Positions 19,501-20,000 of a DNA stretch of 20,000 bases are shown here, in pieces (positions within the stretch are counted from its first letter, which is position 1; the number at the start of each line of letters is the position of its first letter). The translations under genes and the position numbers were made by a program. Below the pieces are notes generated by a model. It saw only the letters and a list, made by a program, of their open reading frames with translations. It did not search any database and was not told the origin of the DNA. The stretch is from positions 420,529-440,528 of the forward strand of contig JAYWIR010000070.1 of the NCBI GenBank assembly GCA_036172245.1, written 5' to 3'. Source of the stretch: Raillietiella orientalis (lineage: Eukaryota).

Positions 19501-20000
19501 TAACTTGCCGCGCTTGCCCACGCGAATGCACAGGTGCTTGTCAAGAAACACGTGGTCAATGCTGTCTTCCATCCCCGGTGCAATGGCCAACCAATTTCAG
19601 GTATGCACCGCAATGCACACCTCGTTGACCAGGTCACGCTCGGCATTCTGCCCATCTGGTTTCAGGCGAACGTTGAAATCGCCTGCAACCAGATGCGCAT
19701 TGCGCACGCCTGCTTTGGTCAGCCAGTCTCGCCGGAAGGCAAGGAAAAACTCTTTCCTCGCCCTCCTGGTCATCACGACCACGCCGTTCGGTGCGTACAC
19801 GTTCGTAACGATCAGATCGATCGAGTCGGACCACCTGAGAGTCAGCTGGCCGACACGACCGTGATCGTCAAACCGCACGCCCCGAGCCGCGGCCTCGACG
19901 GCTGTCCGGAGCAGGTAGGCGACACCGCAACTTTTCGCTCTCCCACACCTGTACCATAGCCGCCCTCAGGAGATCCGTTCGATCCCTGACGCTCGTAAAG
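16569..20000 (-). pseudogene. E5 ORF2, heavily disrupted
   Basis: NVYAP, GDFN, SIDH, SDH, KAFD, QGD, YAHD (18153..18164), CVRC...HLLVDC. About 13 stops and frameshifts by manual translation. Confidence 0.9.

Larger units (their letters stand above)
16352..20000 (-). mobile_element. E5: degenerate LINE copy antisense inside the E2 RT region; 5' end lies beyond the window
   Basis: EN, RT and CCHC remnants on the minus strand. The family terminal motif at 16355..16381 abuts E2 KAFD. Confidence 0.9.

Noticed and set aside
1..20000. Prokaryotic RT system (retron, group II intron, DGR) or LTR/DIRS element
   Set aside because: APE endonuclease, RT and CCHC in one ORF behind a zinc-knuckle ORF1, with 12-13-bp TSDs and no LTRs, integrase or recombinase, is non-LTR architecture.
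1..20000. Inversions or twin priming as the cause of the alternating strands
   Set aside because: Adjacent segments are different diverged copies with redundant domains, and the TSDs pair up as nested insertions.

Overview
The whole window is GC-rich eukaryotic repeat DNA made of five related but distinct copies of an L1/Tx1-clade non-LTR retrotransposon. Each has ORF1 (nucleic-acid-binding protein with two CCHC knuckles) and ORF2 (APE endonuclease + reverse transcriptase + C-terminal CCHC). I see no host gene, RNA gene or CRISPR. The seven visible segments alternate strand (- + - + - + -) and resolve into a nest: E1(-, 1..~1506) contains E2(+, ~1507..4118 and 15617..~16351); E2 contains E3(-, 4119..7754 and 13579..15616) and E5(-, ~16352..>20000); E3 contains full-length E4(+, 7755..13578). 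Two target-site duplications (13 bp exact; 12 bp with one mismatch) support the nesting, and removing each insert restores the host ORF2 frame. All four insertions are antisense to their host, fall in the 5' half of host ORF2, and share no target consensus. The family has a conserved 5' two-box motif, a hairpin 3' end without a poly(A) tail, a TAATG ORF1/ORF2 overlap, an endonuclease that appears to lack the usual target-recognition loop, and an RT insertion. Every ORF2 copy is disrupted.
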